This document shows positions 1 to 8,823 of a stretch of 64,000 nucleotides of DNA, piece after piece. Source of the stretch: a virus. Position 1 is the stretch's first letter. Every line of letters begins with the position of its first letter. The stretch spans positions 64,001-128,000 of IMG/VR virus record IMGVR_UViG_3300048999_000192, one strand, 5' to 3'. Position numbers and translations under genes: made by a program. The notes under the pieces are model-generated. The model worked only from the letters and a program-made list of their open reading frames with translations, made no database searches and had not been told where the DNA came from.

Positions 1-30
1 CACATCTTGTTCCCGAACCGAAGGACGAAC

Positions 31-792
31 ATGATCCTCAAGCGCGTCGCGGTAGGCCTGCTGGCCGTCGCTGGGCTGCTGAGCCTCACCACGGGCGTCT
101 CGTGGTCGAGCACGAGCCACACCACCCCCGCCCACGTCAGGTGCAATGCCGACTGGTACCAGAACCCCGACGAGACCACCCGCAAGCCGGTTCAGAAGCC
201 GGGCGGCCTGGAGTTCAGCGACACCGACCTGGTCCACCACAAGGTCTACGGCCTGACCGTGGAGCACCTGCACCCCGGCTCGTACTTCGCCTTCCCGGCC
301 CCGGGCCAGCCCTCGTTCTTCTCGGTCGAGGTCTCCGGCACCGACGGCGGCTATGCCACGCTCCGCTGGAACCCCAGCGCCCACAAGTGGGAGATGACGA
401 CCGGCGGCCAGTTCTACACCGCCTACACCCCGGCCGCCCTCGTGGACAAGGTCACCCCGCACAAGAGCCACACCGTGGTCTCCTTCGGTGTGGGCTTCAC
501 CGCCAATCCGCCGGGCACCGTGCACACGCTGGTCCGCTCCGTGGTGTTCAACCACCATGTCTACTCGCTGGGTTGCAAGCCGATCCACCCGAAGCCGCGC
601 CCCTGCGTGACCAAGACGGCGACCCCGCTGCACACCACCAGCCGCGAGCGCTGGTGCAAGCCGACCTACACGCACTCGCCGACGCCGACGCCCACGGAGA
701 CCGTCCCGGTCCCCACTCCGACTGAGACCGTCCCGCCGGGCGAGGCCCCCGTGCCGGTCCCGGTGAACAGCGACCTGCCGGTCACCGGCTGA
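31..792 (+). CDS. Secreted/surface protein with signal peptide, Pro/Thr-rich linker and terminal LPVTG
   Basis: ATG at 31 after AAGGA RBS; N-terminal KR plus hydrophobic stretch; PTPTETVP repeats; ends in LPVTG. Confidence 0.75.
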   Translation: MILKRVAVGLLAVAGLLSLTTGVSWSSTSHTTPAHVRCNADWYQNPDETTRKPVQKPGGLEFSDTDLVHHKVYGLTVEHLHPGSYFAFPAPGQPSFFSVEVSGTDGGYATLRWNPSAHKWEMTTGGQFYTAYTPAALVDKVTPHKSHTVVSFGVGFTANPPGTVHTLVRSVVFNHHVYSLGCKPIHPKPRPCVTKTATPLHTTSRERWCKPTYTHSPTPTPTETVPVPTPTETVPPGEAPVPVPVNSDLPVTG

Positions 793-807
793 TCTCCTGA
801 TGCGCAG

Positions 808-839
808 AGGGCCCGGCTCCTGGTGAGCCGGGCCCTTTT
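808..839 (+). terminator. Intrinsic terminator
   Basis: 12-bp stem AGGGCCCGGCTC/GAGCCGGGCCCT followed by a T run. Confidence 0.8.
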
Positions 840-856
840 GCATTGGCGTGTCGCAT

Positions 857-886
857 TTGCTCTCCCCAGAATCCTGTGAGTAGGCT
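857..886 (+). promoter_or_regulatory. Early-type sigma70/HrdB-like promoter
   Basis: TTGCTC-N18-TAGGCT; spacer resembles the other early promoters. Confidence 0.65.
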
Positions 887-894
887 CCTCCTTC

Positions 895-1419
895 ATGACC
901 GAGATCCTCCCGGCCGTTCCTGAGCTCCCCCGTACGTCCCGCTGGTGGTGGCAGCCGCTCTGGCACCGGCACCCGATCCGCTTCGCCCTCGTCGTGCTTC
1001 TGGTGGTCGCTGGCGGCGTCGCCTGGGGCCTGCCCGCCGGACTGGCGCTGCGCAGCGTGGTCTTCCCGCCCAAGCCCCCGGCCGTGGTCACTCCCGCGCC
1101 GACGACGCCCTCCCCGACCCCCACGCACACCCGCAGGCGGCGCACGTACGCCCCTCAGCCGGTCTACACGCCCCCGCCGACCTTCCACCCCACCCCGACG
1201 CCCACGAGGCCGCACACGCCCTCTCCGCGCCCCACGCACACCAAGAAGAGCTCTCCGCCGCCTCCAGACCCCTCGGTCCCCATTTGCGGCAGTACCCCGC
1301 TGCCGCCCTGTGAGCCGACACAAGGCGGCCACACGACTCCTGACGAGAAGAAGTCGACCGAACACGCCGCGTCAGCGCCTACCAAGAATTCCTGGAGCCT
1401 GCTAGCCTGGCTGCTGTGA
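895..1419 (+). CDS. Single-pass membrane protein, Pro/Thr-rich
   Basis: TM segment FALVVLLVVAGGVAWGL followed by a PT-rich region. Confidence 0.7.
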   Translation: MTEILPAVPELPRTSRWWWQPLWHRHPIRFALVVLLVVAGGVAWGLPAGLALRSVVFPPKPPAVVTPAPTTPSPTPTHTRRRRTYAPQPVYTPPPTFHPTPTPTRPHTPSPRPTHTKKSSPPPPDPSVPICGSTPLPPCEPTQGGHTTPDEKKSTEHAASAPTKNSWSLLAWLL

Positions 1420-1442
1420 CAAACTCTCCCGAAAGGACGCCG

Positions 1443-2003
1443 ATGAAGCCGATCGCCTTTCTCGACGTCGATGGCCCCTTGAACGTGTACGGGGCCGCGA
1501 AGAACAAGACCCACCTGCTCTCCCGTGAGGTCGAGATCAGGGGTCGCGCCTACCGTGTCCGACTCGACTCCGGCCATGCCGGACTGGTCAAGCAGCTCGC
1601 CGACGCGGGCTTCGAGCTGGTCTGGGGCACCCTCTGGGAGGACGCCGCCAACGATCACCTGCTGGAGCACCTCGGCCTGGCCGGTGTGCTGCCGGTGGTG
1701 CCGTTCAGCGCCGAGTACGAGATGCAGCTTGACCTGCCCGTCCCGCTCTCTCGCAAGGGCCTGAAGTTCAGCCAGCTCGACCCCTGGTGCACCAAGGCCC
1801 CCGCCGTCCTGCGGTACGCCGCCGACCGGCCGTTCGTGTGGTTCGACGACGACTTCCTCTCGTGCGATGTCGACTGGGCTCACACCCGCTCCGAGGCGGG
1901 CGTCCCCACCAAGCTGGTCCCCGTCGGCGAGGACGAGGGACTGCAGCCCACTCACATCTACGCCGCGCTCGACTGGCTGGCCGACCTGAACTCCTCGAAC
2001 TGA
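1443..2003 (+). CDS. HAD-superfamily protein (Swiss-Army-knife RNA-repair-type HAD)
   Basis: FLDVDGPLN motif I, LVWGTLW, FVWFDDD motif IV. Confidence 0.8.
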   Translation: MKPIAFLDVDGPLNVYGAAKNKTHLLSREVEIRGRAYRVRLDSGHAGLVKQLADAGFELVWGTLWEDAANDHLLEHLGLAGVLPVVPFSAEYEMQLDLPVPLSRKGLKFSQLDPWCTKAPAVLRYAADRPFVWFDDDFLSCDVDWAHTRSEAGVPTKLVPVGEDEGLQPTHIYAALDWLADLNSSN

Positions 2004-2033
2004 ATGCTCGACCCCGCACGCAAGGTGAGGACC

Positions 2034-2339
2034 ATGACGGAAGATTTCGCAAGCTGGACCAAGGGCCGCCACCGCCGGGCCACCGACGGTGAGCCGCGCA
2101 TCCAGCGGCTGGCCAACCTGGCCGTGAGGGAGGCCGACAATCCCGAGGGGCCCACGATCACCGAGCTGCGCGACGGGCTGCGCGGTGTCCGCAGGAAGCT
2201 GGAGGCCACCTCCCAGGAGGTCGACGAGGCCCTGTGGCAGGAGTGGGACCAGGGGAAGGCCCGCAAGGCGGTCGCGGGGCTGGCCGACCTCCTGGGCTAC
2301 CTGCAGGGGGCGGTGCCGCCCGCTCCCGACAACGAGTAG
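2034..2339 (+). CDS. Hypothetical protein
   Basis: ORF with GAGG RBS and high GC3. Confidence 0.65.
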   Translation: MTEDFASWTKGRHRRATDGEPRIQRLANLAVREADNPEGPTITELRDGLRGVRRKLEATSQEVDEALWQEWDQGKARKAVAGLADLLGYLQGAVPPAPDNE

Positions 2340-2402
2340 AGGCCAGGGCCGGGGCGAGTCCCCGGCCCTTAGTCTGTCTCCCCAAGGAAACCAAGGAGCG
2401 AA

Positions 2403-2603
2403 GTGAAGAACCCGTTCAAGCGCGAGGGTAAGCATCAGGCGCGAGGCAAGCATGAGCAGGGCAACCCAGCCCACCAGCCCAAGGACTGCCCTCAGGACGC
2501 CAGCAAGGCCAGCCGCCGGGCAGGCAGGCAAGGGCTGACGCACTACACCTGCACCACCTGCGGCACGACCTGGAGTGTCTCCCCGCCGCCGCCGATCGAA
2601 TAG
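2403..2603 (+). CDS. Small hypothetical protein with CxxC
   Basis: AAGGAG RBS, GTG start, CTTC motif. Confidence 0.55.
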   Translation: MKNPFKREGKHQARGKHEQGNPAHQPKDCPQDASKASRRAGRQGLTHYTCTTCGTTWSVSPPPPIE

Positions 2604-2622
2604 AACAAGTAGGACAGACTGG

Positions 2623-2652
2623 TTGCCCTACCAAGGAATCTTGGAGTAAAGT
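2623..2652 (+). promoter_or_regulatory. Early promoter with CCAAG-N4-CTTGG operator in spacer
   Basis: TTGCCC-N18-TAAAGT; CCAAGGAATCTTGG at 2631-2644. Confidence 0.75.
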
Positions 2653-2686
2653 ACCTACATCGCAACGTTCAAGAGAGGGGGCCAGG

Positions 2687-3319
2687 ATGCCCGAAGCAAT
2701 CGAAGGCCTCTGCGACACCTGCTCCAAGGTGCTGCCCGCCCGCACGATGTCGGAGTACACCGTCAGCCGTGCTGAGCGCATCGTCGAGCACGGCCTGTGC
2801 ATCTGCCTGCCCGGCGAGGGAGGCCTGGGCTACCTGGCCCCTGACACCCGCGAGATCTACCTGGAGCTCCAGCGTGAGCTGGAGGCCACCGACCCCTCGA
2901 TCCCGATCGACGAGATCGGTGAGGCCGCTGCGGCGATCGAGGCCAACAACGAGAACATCGTGAGGGTGGCCATGACCATGCCGCCTCTCATCGGCAAGCC
3001 GCCGACGACCATCGACGGCGTCGTGGTCGAGCCTGGACCGCTGCACGTGCTGACCCCCCTCGAAGAGGATGCCCAGATCGGCATCTACGTGATCGGCTCC
3101 GACGGCACGGACCCGCACGGCATCCCCGCGATCGGTGCTGGCATGCCGGAGGAGCTGTGGGGCCACACGCCGGTGCCCGCCCGCCCGCCGGACGCTCCCC
3201 CGATCGACGAGACCAAGACCCTGCCCCGTATCGGCCCGCGCGGTGTTCCCGAAGAGCCCGTGTTCCCCGTACGGCGGCAGCAGCCGACGCGCAAGCCCCG
3301 CCGGAAGCGCAAGCGCTGA
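2687..3319 (+). CDS. Hypothetical protein
   Basis: ORF directly downstream of the promoter; high GC3. Confidence 0.7.
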   Translation: MPEAIEGLCDTCSKVLPARTMSEYTVSRAERIVEHGLCICLPGEGGLGYLAPDTREIYLELQRELEATDPSIPIDEIGEAAAAIEANNENIVRVAMTMPPLIGKPPTTIDGVVVEPGPLHVLTPLEEDAQIGIYVIGSDGTDPHGIPAIGAGMPEELWGHTPVPARPPDAPPIDETKTLPRIGPRGVPEEPVFPVRRQQPTRKPRRKRKR

Positions 3320-3358
3320 CCCGTACTGCCCCGACCTCATCGCCACGAGGAGACGAGC

Positions 3359-3481
3359 ATGCAACCCCTGAAGAACCCTGGCCGCTACAAGGCCACTGCC
3401 CTGATCATCCTCATCACCATCGCCATGACGCTCGAAGTCGCCAACGGCGCGGTGTGGGCCTCCATCCTGGGGGCCCGCTGA
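3359..3481 (+). CDS. Small membrane protein (40 aa, not in ORF track)
   Basis: GAGGAG RBS; MQPLKNPGRYKATALIILITIAMTLEV...; TGATG overlap with next gene. Confidence 0.6.
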   Translation: MQPLKNPGRYKATALIILITIAMTLEVANGAVWASILGAR

Positions 3482-3702
3482 TGGCCGGGGGCAACCAGTG
3501 GCAACGCGAGATGAACAAGGTCATCCGTGAGGCCCGCAAGCAGGGCATGACGGCCGTGAAGGTCCAGAACGGCCACTGGCAGGTGACCGCCGCCGACGGC
3601 AAGCGGTCCATCCAGGTGGCCTCCACACCCGTCGGACGCGGGCTGCTGAACATCATCGCCCGGATGCGGCGTGAGCTGGACTTTGTCTGGAGAGGCCACT
3701 GA
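3481..3702 (+). CDS. HicA-like (dsRBD-fold) protein
   Basis: 73 aa; REARKQGM..VKVQNGHWQV..DGK..VASTP pattern with conserved GH. Confidence 0.6.
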   Translation: MAGGNQWQREMNKVIREARKQGMTAVKVQNGHWQVTAADGKRSIQVASTPVGRGLLNIIARMRRELDFVWRGH

Positions 3703-3771
3703 TCGGCACTCAATCCGGGCATACTCGCCATCAAGGAAACTAGGGAATCAACTCGATCTTGGAGACCTGCC

Positions 3772-4062
3772 GTGACCGCTCTGCTGCTGGACGCGCCCCC
3801 CACCCTCGTTGACCCCTTCGACCCCCTGACCGACCCCCGATTCGCCGTCCCCACCCCCAACATCGGCTCCCCGATCTACGACGCCCTCAAGCGTGAGTGG
3901 GCGCGCCGTAACGAGCGCACCGAGCGCGTCGAGAACCGTCGCCAGTCCCGCCGCCGCCGGTGGATGCGCGCCAAGTTCATGGCGCTGATCGGCAGGCACC
4001 TGCCGACGCCGCAGGAGGAGCTGGACGCCAAGATCGCCAAATTCCTGAGAGAGGTCACGTGA
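3772..4062 (+). CDS. Hypothetical protein
   Basis: GGAG RBS; coupled to next gene. Confidence 0.6.
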   Translation: MTALLLDAPPTLVDPFDPLTDPRFAVPTPNIGSPIYDALKREWARRNERTERVENRRQSRRRRWMRAKFMALIGRHLPTPQEELDAKIAKFLREVT

Positions 4063-4445
4063 TCTCCGTAATCCCCGTGCTGGACTACCGGCACCCCGCG
4101 AACGGCGAGGCGGTCCGCGTCGTCGAGAGCCGTAACCCCGAAGGCCACAGCGTCGGGGGCTATGTCGCGCTGTCGATGGACGTCCAGGATCCCTCCAGCG
4201 GTGGCATCAGCGTGCTGGAGCTCCGCTTCAAGGACTCCGTCGCCATGTACGACTTCTTCTCCGGAGCCGGGCCGGTCGGCCAGGCCATCGTGCGTCACAA
4301 CGTCGAGATCGCCAACCGGCCGGTCAACATCGTCGAGCGTGCCTTCGAGGGCACCTTCGCCGACGACCGGGCGCGGGCCGAGATCATCGTCCGTGATCTG
4401 GTCGATGCGGGCCACCTGCCCAAGAAGGCCCTGGAGGACCTGTGA
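4059..4445 (+). CDS. Hypothetical protein
   Basis: GTGA overlap, high GC3. Confidence 0.65.
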   Translation: MISVIPVLDYRHPANGEAVRVVESRNPEGHSVGGYVALSMDVQDPSSGGISVLELRFKDSVAMYDFFSGAGPVGQAIVRHNVEIANRPVNIVERAFEGTFADDRARAEIIVRDLVDAGHLPKKALEDL

Positions 4446-4798
4446 GCGATCCGATCGTCGAGCCGCACCACCTCAGTCTCGCGCCCCACGACATGCCGAA
4501 GATCACCCGCCTGCCGACCGGGCATATCGAGATCTCCCTGTACGGCACGTGGCACAACAGCAACGACCACTGGGGCGGCTACGCGCGGCTGCACATGACC
4601 GAGGCCGACCTGTACGACCTGATCCACCATCGCCTGCCCGAGGTCATGTCGAACTACTTCGAGAGCCGCGAGCCCAGGAACATCATCCTGGCCGCGCTGG
4701 ACGAGGCCAACGGGCCGGACAGCTCGCTGGACGACATGGCCAGCGCCGTGCTGGCCGCGCTGAAGAGCGCCGAGATGCTGACGGAGGGACAGGCATGA
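4442..4798 (+). CDS. Hypothetical protein
   Basis: GTGA overlap, high GC3. Confidence 0.65.
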   Translation: MSDPIVEPHHLSLAPHDMPKITRLPTGHIEISLYGTWHNSNDHWGGYARLHMTEADLYDLIHHRLPEVMSNYFESREPRNIILAALDEANGPDSSLDDMASAVLAALKSAEMLTEGQA

Positions 4799-5604
4799 CC
4801 ACCCCTCATGACAACACCCACCTGGTCTGGCGCATCCAGCGCGCCGGGGCCGAGGGCCTCGTGCTGCAGGGCCGTACGGCCATCGCCCAGACCTCGATCG
4901 TCGACCTGTACTTCCCCGACGAGGAGGAGCTGAACAACTGGCTGACCTTCACGGTGCCCTCCGCGCTGAGCCAGCGCCGCCGGGAGGACGCGGGGCCGGA
5001 CGAGGCCGCCAAGAGCGCCATCCGCCGCGCCGCCGGGAGGCTCGACCAGACGGCGACGCCGTCGGAGATCGCTGACGCGGTCGTGGAGGCCCTGAAGGAC
5101 TCCGGCCTGGTGCTGGCCCCCGTCGAGGTCGCTGCGGTCGCCACGGAGGCTCCTGAGCGTCACAAGGCCTCCCCCTTGCTCTCTCCCGCCATCGAGCCGC
5201 TCGATGACAAGCACTGCCCCGAACCGCACCCGCACAGCCAGCATCACTGGCACAACACGGTGCTGGGCGTCGACAGGATCTGTCCTGGCCTGGACGGGTA
5301 CCTGCTCCGTGGGGGCACGCTCGGCCTGTCCCAGCGCCTCGTCAACACCGAGGAGGACATCGACAAGGGCCGGTGGACCGACCCCGACGGGAACGTCTGG
5401 CGGATGACGATCAAGGGTGAGGGCCCGCCGCTGGAGGACAAGCTGGGTGACCTGTGGTCCTGGGCCGGGGGCTACACCTATCACGAGGGCTGGCCGTGGC
5501 CGCTGCTCTCCCGCAACGACCGCAGCGTGGAGGACATGAGCATGCGGACCGTCCAGAACAGCGTCGGCCCGCTGCACTACACCGATGAGGTGCTCGATGG
5601 CTGA
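4795..5604 (+). CDS. Hypothetical protein
   Basis: ATGA overlap, GGAGG RBS. Confidence 0.7.
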   Translation: MTTPHDNTHLVWRIQRAGAEGLVLQGRTAIAQTSIVDLYFPDEEELNNWLTFTVPSALSQRRREDAGPDEAAKSAIRRAAGRLDQTATPSEIADAVVEALKDSGLVLAPVEVAAVATEAPERHKASPLLSPAIEPLDDKHCPEPHPHSQHHWHNTVLGVDRICPGLDGYLLRGGTLGLSQRLVNTEEDIDKGRWTDPDGNVWRMTIKGEGPPLEDKLGDLWSWAGGYTYHEGWPWPLLSRNDRSVEDMSMRTVQNSVGPLHYTDEVLDG

Positions 5605-5815
5605 GCCGATCCGCAACGATCTCGCGCCCGCGACCAATCCCTACCTGCGCGCTGTCGAGGCGGCGTTCTGCGAGGACTGGCCGTTGGTGGTGGAGATCCT
5701 GGGGGCCAAGACCCTCTTCGAGCTCGACATGTACGCGCACGCCCTCGCTCCGCTGCTGAGCACGGTGCGCGAGATGCAGATCGCCAAGGCCAGGGAGATG
5801 CTCAGTCGTGAGTGA
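5597..5815 (+). CDS. Hypothetical protein
   Basis: GAGGTG RBS, coupled ORF. Confidence 0.6.
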   Translation: MAEPIRNDLAPATNPYLRAVEAAFCEDWPLVVEILGAKTLFELDMYAHALAPLLSTVREMQIAKAREMLSRE

Positions 5816-6080
5816 ACAGATCGAGTACTTCTACCTGCTCACCGTCGAGTGGAACGACATCGGCGCGCTGCGTCGCAGGACGTTCACCGACGTGATCTAC
5901 GAGCCTGCCGACGCCAGCCAGATGGACCTGTACTTCGCAGCGACCAAGGACGCGGAGGAGCGGTCCGAGCGCTACGAGGTCTATGACGGCAAGCCCGCTC
6001 CGAGGATGGTCGACGCCACGGTGATCTTCTGGACGTGCGTGCCGAACCGGCCCCCGCGCGAGGGCATCCAGCTCGTCTAA
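5808..6080 (+). CDS. Hypothetical protein
   Basis: Coupled ORF. Confidence 0.6.
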   Translation: MSEQIEYFYLLTVEWNDIGALRRRTFTDVIYEPADASQMDLYFAATKDAEERSERYEVYDGKPAPRMVDATVIFWTCVPNRPPREGIQLV

Positions 6081-6094
6081 ATTTCTGGTCACTA

Positions 6095-6116
6095 CTCCAA
6101 GGTTTCTTGGTATAGT
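6095..6116 (+). promoter_or_regulatory. Early promoter/operator
   Basis: CCAAG-GTTT-CTTGG (6097-6110) immediately followed by TATAGT. Confidence 0.7.
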
Positions 6117-6148
6117 GACGGCATCATCTCTCCCCGAAGGAGACATAC

Positions 6149-6793
6149 GTGGACGATTACATGGGGTCGCCCGATAAGTGGCTGCGCCTGCTGGTGTCCG
6201 GGCACAACGTGCCTAAGGCGCTCGGCGAGGAGATCATCCTGGCCACCTTCCAGCCCGACCGCCTGCACCTGAACGACAAGGTCTGGGAGCGCTACATCGC
6301 CCGCACCCTCGAACTGGAGCTGGACGAGCACGGTTGGGTCAGCGAGGAGTCGGCCAAGCTCTACCGGGCGCGCGTCGGCGGGCTGGAGCTGCACTGGATG
6401 GGCAACGAGCAGATCGGCTCCTCCTGGATCGGCGGCCCGCATGGCTGGGTCGACTGGGACGGCAAGGTCGGCTGCGGCTCCTACAACCTGGGCAAGTACC
6501 CCAGCAACGATGAGATCACCGAGGACCTGAGGCTCATCGCCGCCCGCTGGCCGAGCCTGAAGCTGTGGGTCCAGGTCGTGGACTCCGAGGGCGAGGGGCC
6601 GGTGTCGGGTGAGTGGAAGGTCGAGGGCGGCAAGGCCGAGCGGTTCAAGAACATGAACTACCGGCACGTCACGCCGAAGATCGAGCTCGATGGCCACGCT
6701 GCCGTACTGGGGATCTACCGCCCCGATCGTGAGCGTGGCGTCGAGGCGGCGGCTCTGCTGGCGGCGTACCGGCGCGTGAGGCTCGACCGGTGA
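6149..6793 (+). CDS. Hypothetical protein
   Basis: AAGGAG RBS; 214 aa. Confidence 0.7.
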   Translation: MDDYMGSPDKWLRLLVSGHNVPKALGEEIILATFQPDRLHLNDKVWERYIARTLELELDEHGWVSEESAKLYRARVGGLELHWMGNEQIGSSWIGGPHGWVDWDGKVGCGSYNLGKYPSNDEITEDLRLIAARWPSLKLWVQVVDSEGEGPVSGEWKVEGGKAERFKNMNYRHVTPKIELDGHAAVLGIYRPDRERGVEAAALLAAYRRVRLDR

Positions 6794-6885
6794 TCAAGTT
6801 CATCATCGAGTGGCGCAAGACCGCCCGGAGCCAGGGCAACAGCAACTGCGTCGAAGTGGCCATGGTGGAGGCGAACAGGTCGTGA
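6790..6885 (+). CDS. DUF397-like micro-protein (31 aa, not in ORF track)
   Basis: MIKFIIEWRKTARSQGNSNCVEVAMVEANRS; GTGA overlaps on both sides. Confidence 0.7.
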   Translation: MIKFIIEWRKTARSQGNSNCVEVAMVEANRS

Positions 6886-7268
6886 GTACCGGGGCGATGA
6901 TCGAAATCACGGGCTTCGTGCTCTACATCGGCGGTGCCCTGGTCTACGGCATCGACCTGACACGGGGGAAGACCCAGCCGACCGGCCGGTGGTTCGCGAT
7001 GTTCCTCACCACCGGCCGTGGTGCCCTCGTCCAGATCTCAGGCGAGTCATGCTGGGCGATCCACCACCTGATGGACCATGAGTTCCTCGGTGCCGCCCTG
7101 AACGGTGTGTGGATCGCCGGGCTGGTCTGGAACTACTTCAAGCACGGCGGCGGCAAGGGCCTGAAGAAGGCCGCGCTGGAGCTCGGCGAGAAGTCCCGCG
7201 CCAGGATCCAGACCCTTGTCGACAACCTGAGCCCCAGTCCCATCCCCTCCCCGGTAGGTGCGCGATGA
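6882..7268 (+). CDS. Membrane protein
   Basis: Several hydrophobic segments; GTGA-coupled. Confidence 0.65.
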   Translation: MSTGAMIEITGFVLYIGGALVYGIDLTRGKTQPTGRWFAMFLTTGRGALVQISGESCWAIHHLMDHEFLGAALNGVWIAGLVWNYFKHGGGKGLKKAALELGEKSRARIQTLVDNLSPSPIPSPVGAR

Positions 7269-7567
7269 ACGAGCACTTCTTCTACGGCCTCTTCAGCCTG
7301 ATCGGCCTTCTCTTCGTCCTCGCCGGTGCCGGTTGCGTCATCGGCTGCGCCTTCATGATCGCCCAGGGCGTGAAGAGGAGGCTGATCTTCGACATGGCCA
7401 AGCGTGCCAACCTCGCGTCGATCGTCTGGTCTGGCAGCTTCATGATCGCCTACGCGTTCGATCACGCGGCGGCCTGGGGCTACGTCAGCGCGGCCGAGTT
7501 CGTGATCTTCCTCGCGGTGCGGGTCTGGATGGTCAGCCGCGAGCGGTACACGAACTGGGACGCCTGA
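7265..7567 (+). CDS. Membrane protein (3 TM)
   Basis: Hydrophobic segments; ATGA-coupled. Confidence 0.65.
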   Translation: MNEHFFYGLFSLIGLLFVLAGAGCVIGCAFMIAQGVKRRLIFDMAKRANLASIVWSGSFMIAYAFDHAAAWGYVSAAEFVIFLAVRVWMVSRERYTNWDA

Positions 7568-7824
7568 TGGCCGACCAGCCCACCGACGCCGAGAAGGCCC
7601 TGGCGTACACCATCCTGCAGGCCTTCGACGAGGCCCCGCCCCCGTGCGTCAACGTGCCTCACCAGGGCGAGTACATCCACCTCTACACCCACGGCGTGAT
7701 CGAGGGCTGGCTGCGCACCGTGTTCGAGGACCTCGGCCTCATCAAGCCCGAAGAGGACGACTGGGCCCCCGAGGTCATAACCACTATCAACCTCCCCGAA
7801 GCCCCCAAGTCCAAGGAGGACTGA
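7567..7824 (+). CDS. Hypothetical protein
   Basis: TGATG-coupled. Confidence 0.6.
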   Translation: MADQPTDAEKALAYTILQAFDEAPPPCVNVPHQGEYIHLYTHGVIEGWLRTVFEDLGLIKPEEDDWAPEVITTINLPEAPKSKED

Positions 7825-7825
7825 C

Positions 7826-8290
7826 ATGCAGTTCACGACCCAGGAGTACGAGGCCGTCCGGGCCGAGTACCGCAAGCTGGCCAAGCAGAACTTCACCAAG
7901 GTCGGCTCGGTCTTCTCCAAGTTCAACCTGTACGTCATCGTCCCGTTCACCCTCATCCTGCCGGTGGTCGGGCTGTTCGCGAACATCATGCGGTTCCTGT
8001 GGGCGCTCCCGCTGGGCATCCTGGCCTTCTTCGTGCTCTCCCTGATCGCCAACGCCACCAAGGCGCAGAAGCTGTCGGATGAGTTCGGCGACGATGTCCT
8101 GCTGAAGAAGGTGCTCAAGGACGACGCCATCGTGGTCGACCCGATCGACATCCGGCTGCTGCTGGTCGAGGTCGGCGACACTCCGGGCACCGGGGCGGCG
8201 GCCGAGGCCGTCAACCGCCTGTCCCTCGCCACCCAGCGGTACGAGGACAGGGTGACCTCCCGCTACCGCCAGGCCCGCCGCCGGGCCTAG
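7826..8290 (+). CDS. Membrane protein (2 TM)
   Basis: GGAGG RBS; two hydrophobic helices. Confidence 0.7.
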   Translation: MQFTTQEYEAVRAEYRKLAKQNFTKVGSVFSKFNLYVIVPFTLILPVVGLFANIMRFLWALPLGILAFFVLSLIANATKAQKLSDEFGDDVLLKKVLKDDAIVVDPIDIRLLLVEVGDTPGTGAAAEAVNRLSLATQRYEDRVTSRYRQARRRA

Positions 8291-8317
8291 CTCTACCAAG
8301 GATCCTTGTAGTAAACT
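8288..8317 (+). promoter_or_regulatory. Early promoter/operator
   Basis: TAGCTC-N18-TAAACT with CCAAG-GATC-CTTGT. Confidence 0.65.
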
Positions 8318-8395
8318 GCGCGTGTTCAATCCCTGTCATAGAGGAGCCAACCGGCATGAAGCACGACCTCTCTCCCCTCTCCCTGGGAGGCTGAC

Positions 8396-8683
8396 ATGAC
8401 CGCAGTTCTCGCCATCCTCACGCTCGCCGCGTTCCTGCTGCTGTTCGCGGGCGTGGGGATGGCGATCAAGCACAAGAACGTCTTCTGGGCGCTGCCCTAC
8501 TGGATCACCGCCCTGCTGGTGCAGGGGCTGGCCGAGTTCTGCTCGGGCCACCCGTGGATCATGCTGGGGCTGGGCATCTCGGCCACCGCCCTGACGCTCG
8601 TATGGGCCGTGGCCATCGTGGTGCAGGCGCACATCCTCCAGCGGCGTTCTGAGCGCCCCCAGGAGCCTCCCCCGGCTCCTTGA
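8396..8683 (+). CDS. Membrane protein (3 TM)
   Basis: GGGAGG RBS; hydrophobic. Confidence 0.7.
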   Translation: MTAVLAILTLAAFLLLFAGVGMAIKHKNVFWALPYWITALLVQGLAEFCSGHPWIMLGLGISATALTLVWAVAIVVQAHILQRRSERPQEPPPAP

Positions 8684-8766
8684 CCCACTGAGACCTAAGG
8701 CCGTCCCATCTCCGCTCTGGGGCGGCCTCAGGCGTTCCCAGGGCCCATCCTGAAGCGATGGTGTTA

Positions 8767-8788
8767 CCAAGAAATCCTGGTGTAGAGT
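8767..8788 (+). promoter_or_regulatory. Early promoter/operator
   Basis: CCAAG-AAAT-CCTGG then TAGAGT. Confidence 0.6.
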
Positions 8789-8823
8789 CAATCCATCATC
8801 CCCCGAAGGCCAAAGGAGCCCGA

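Noticed and set aside
8684-8760. tRNA or other RNA gene in hairpin-rich intergenic gaps (also 14360-14510, 20880-20930, 50908-50975)
   Set aside because: No cloverleaf with T-loop GTTCRA and acceptor stem; better explained as terminators or UTR hairpins
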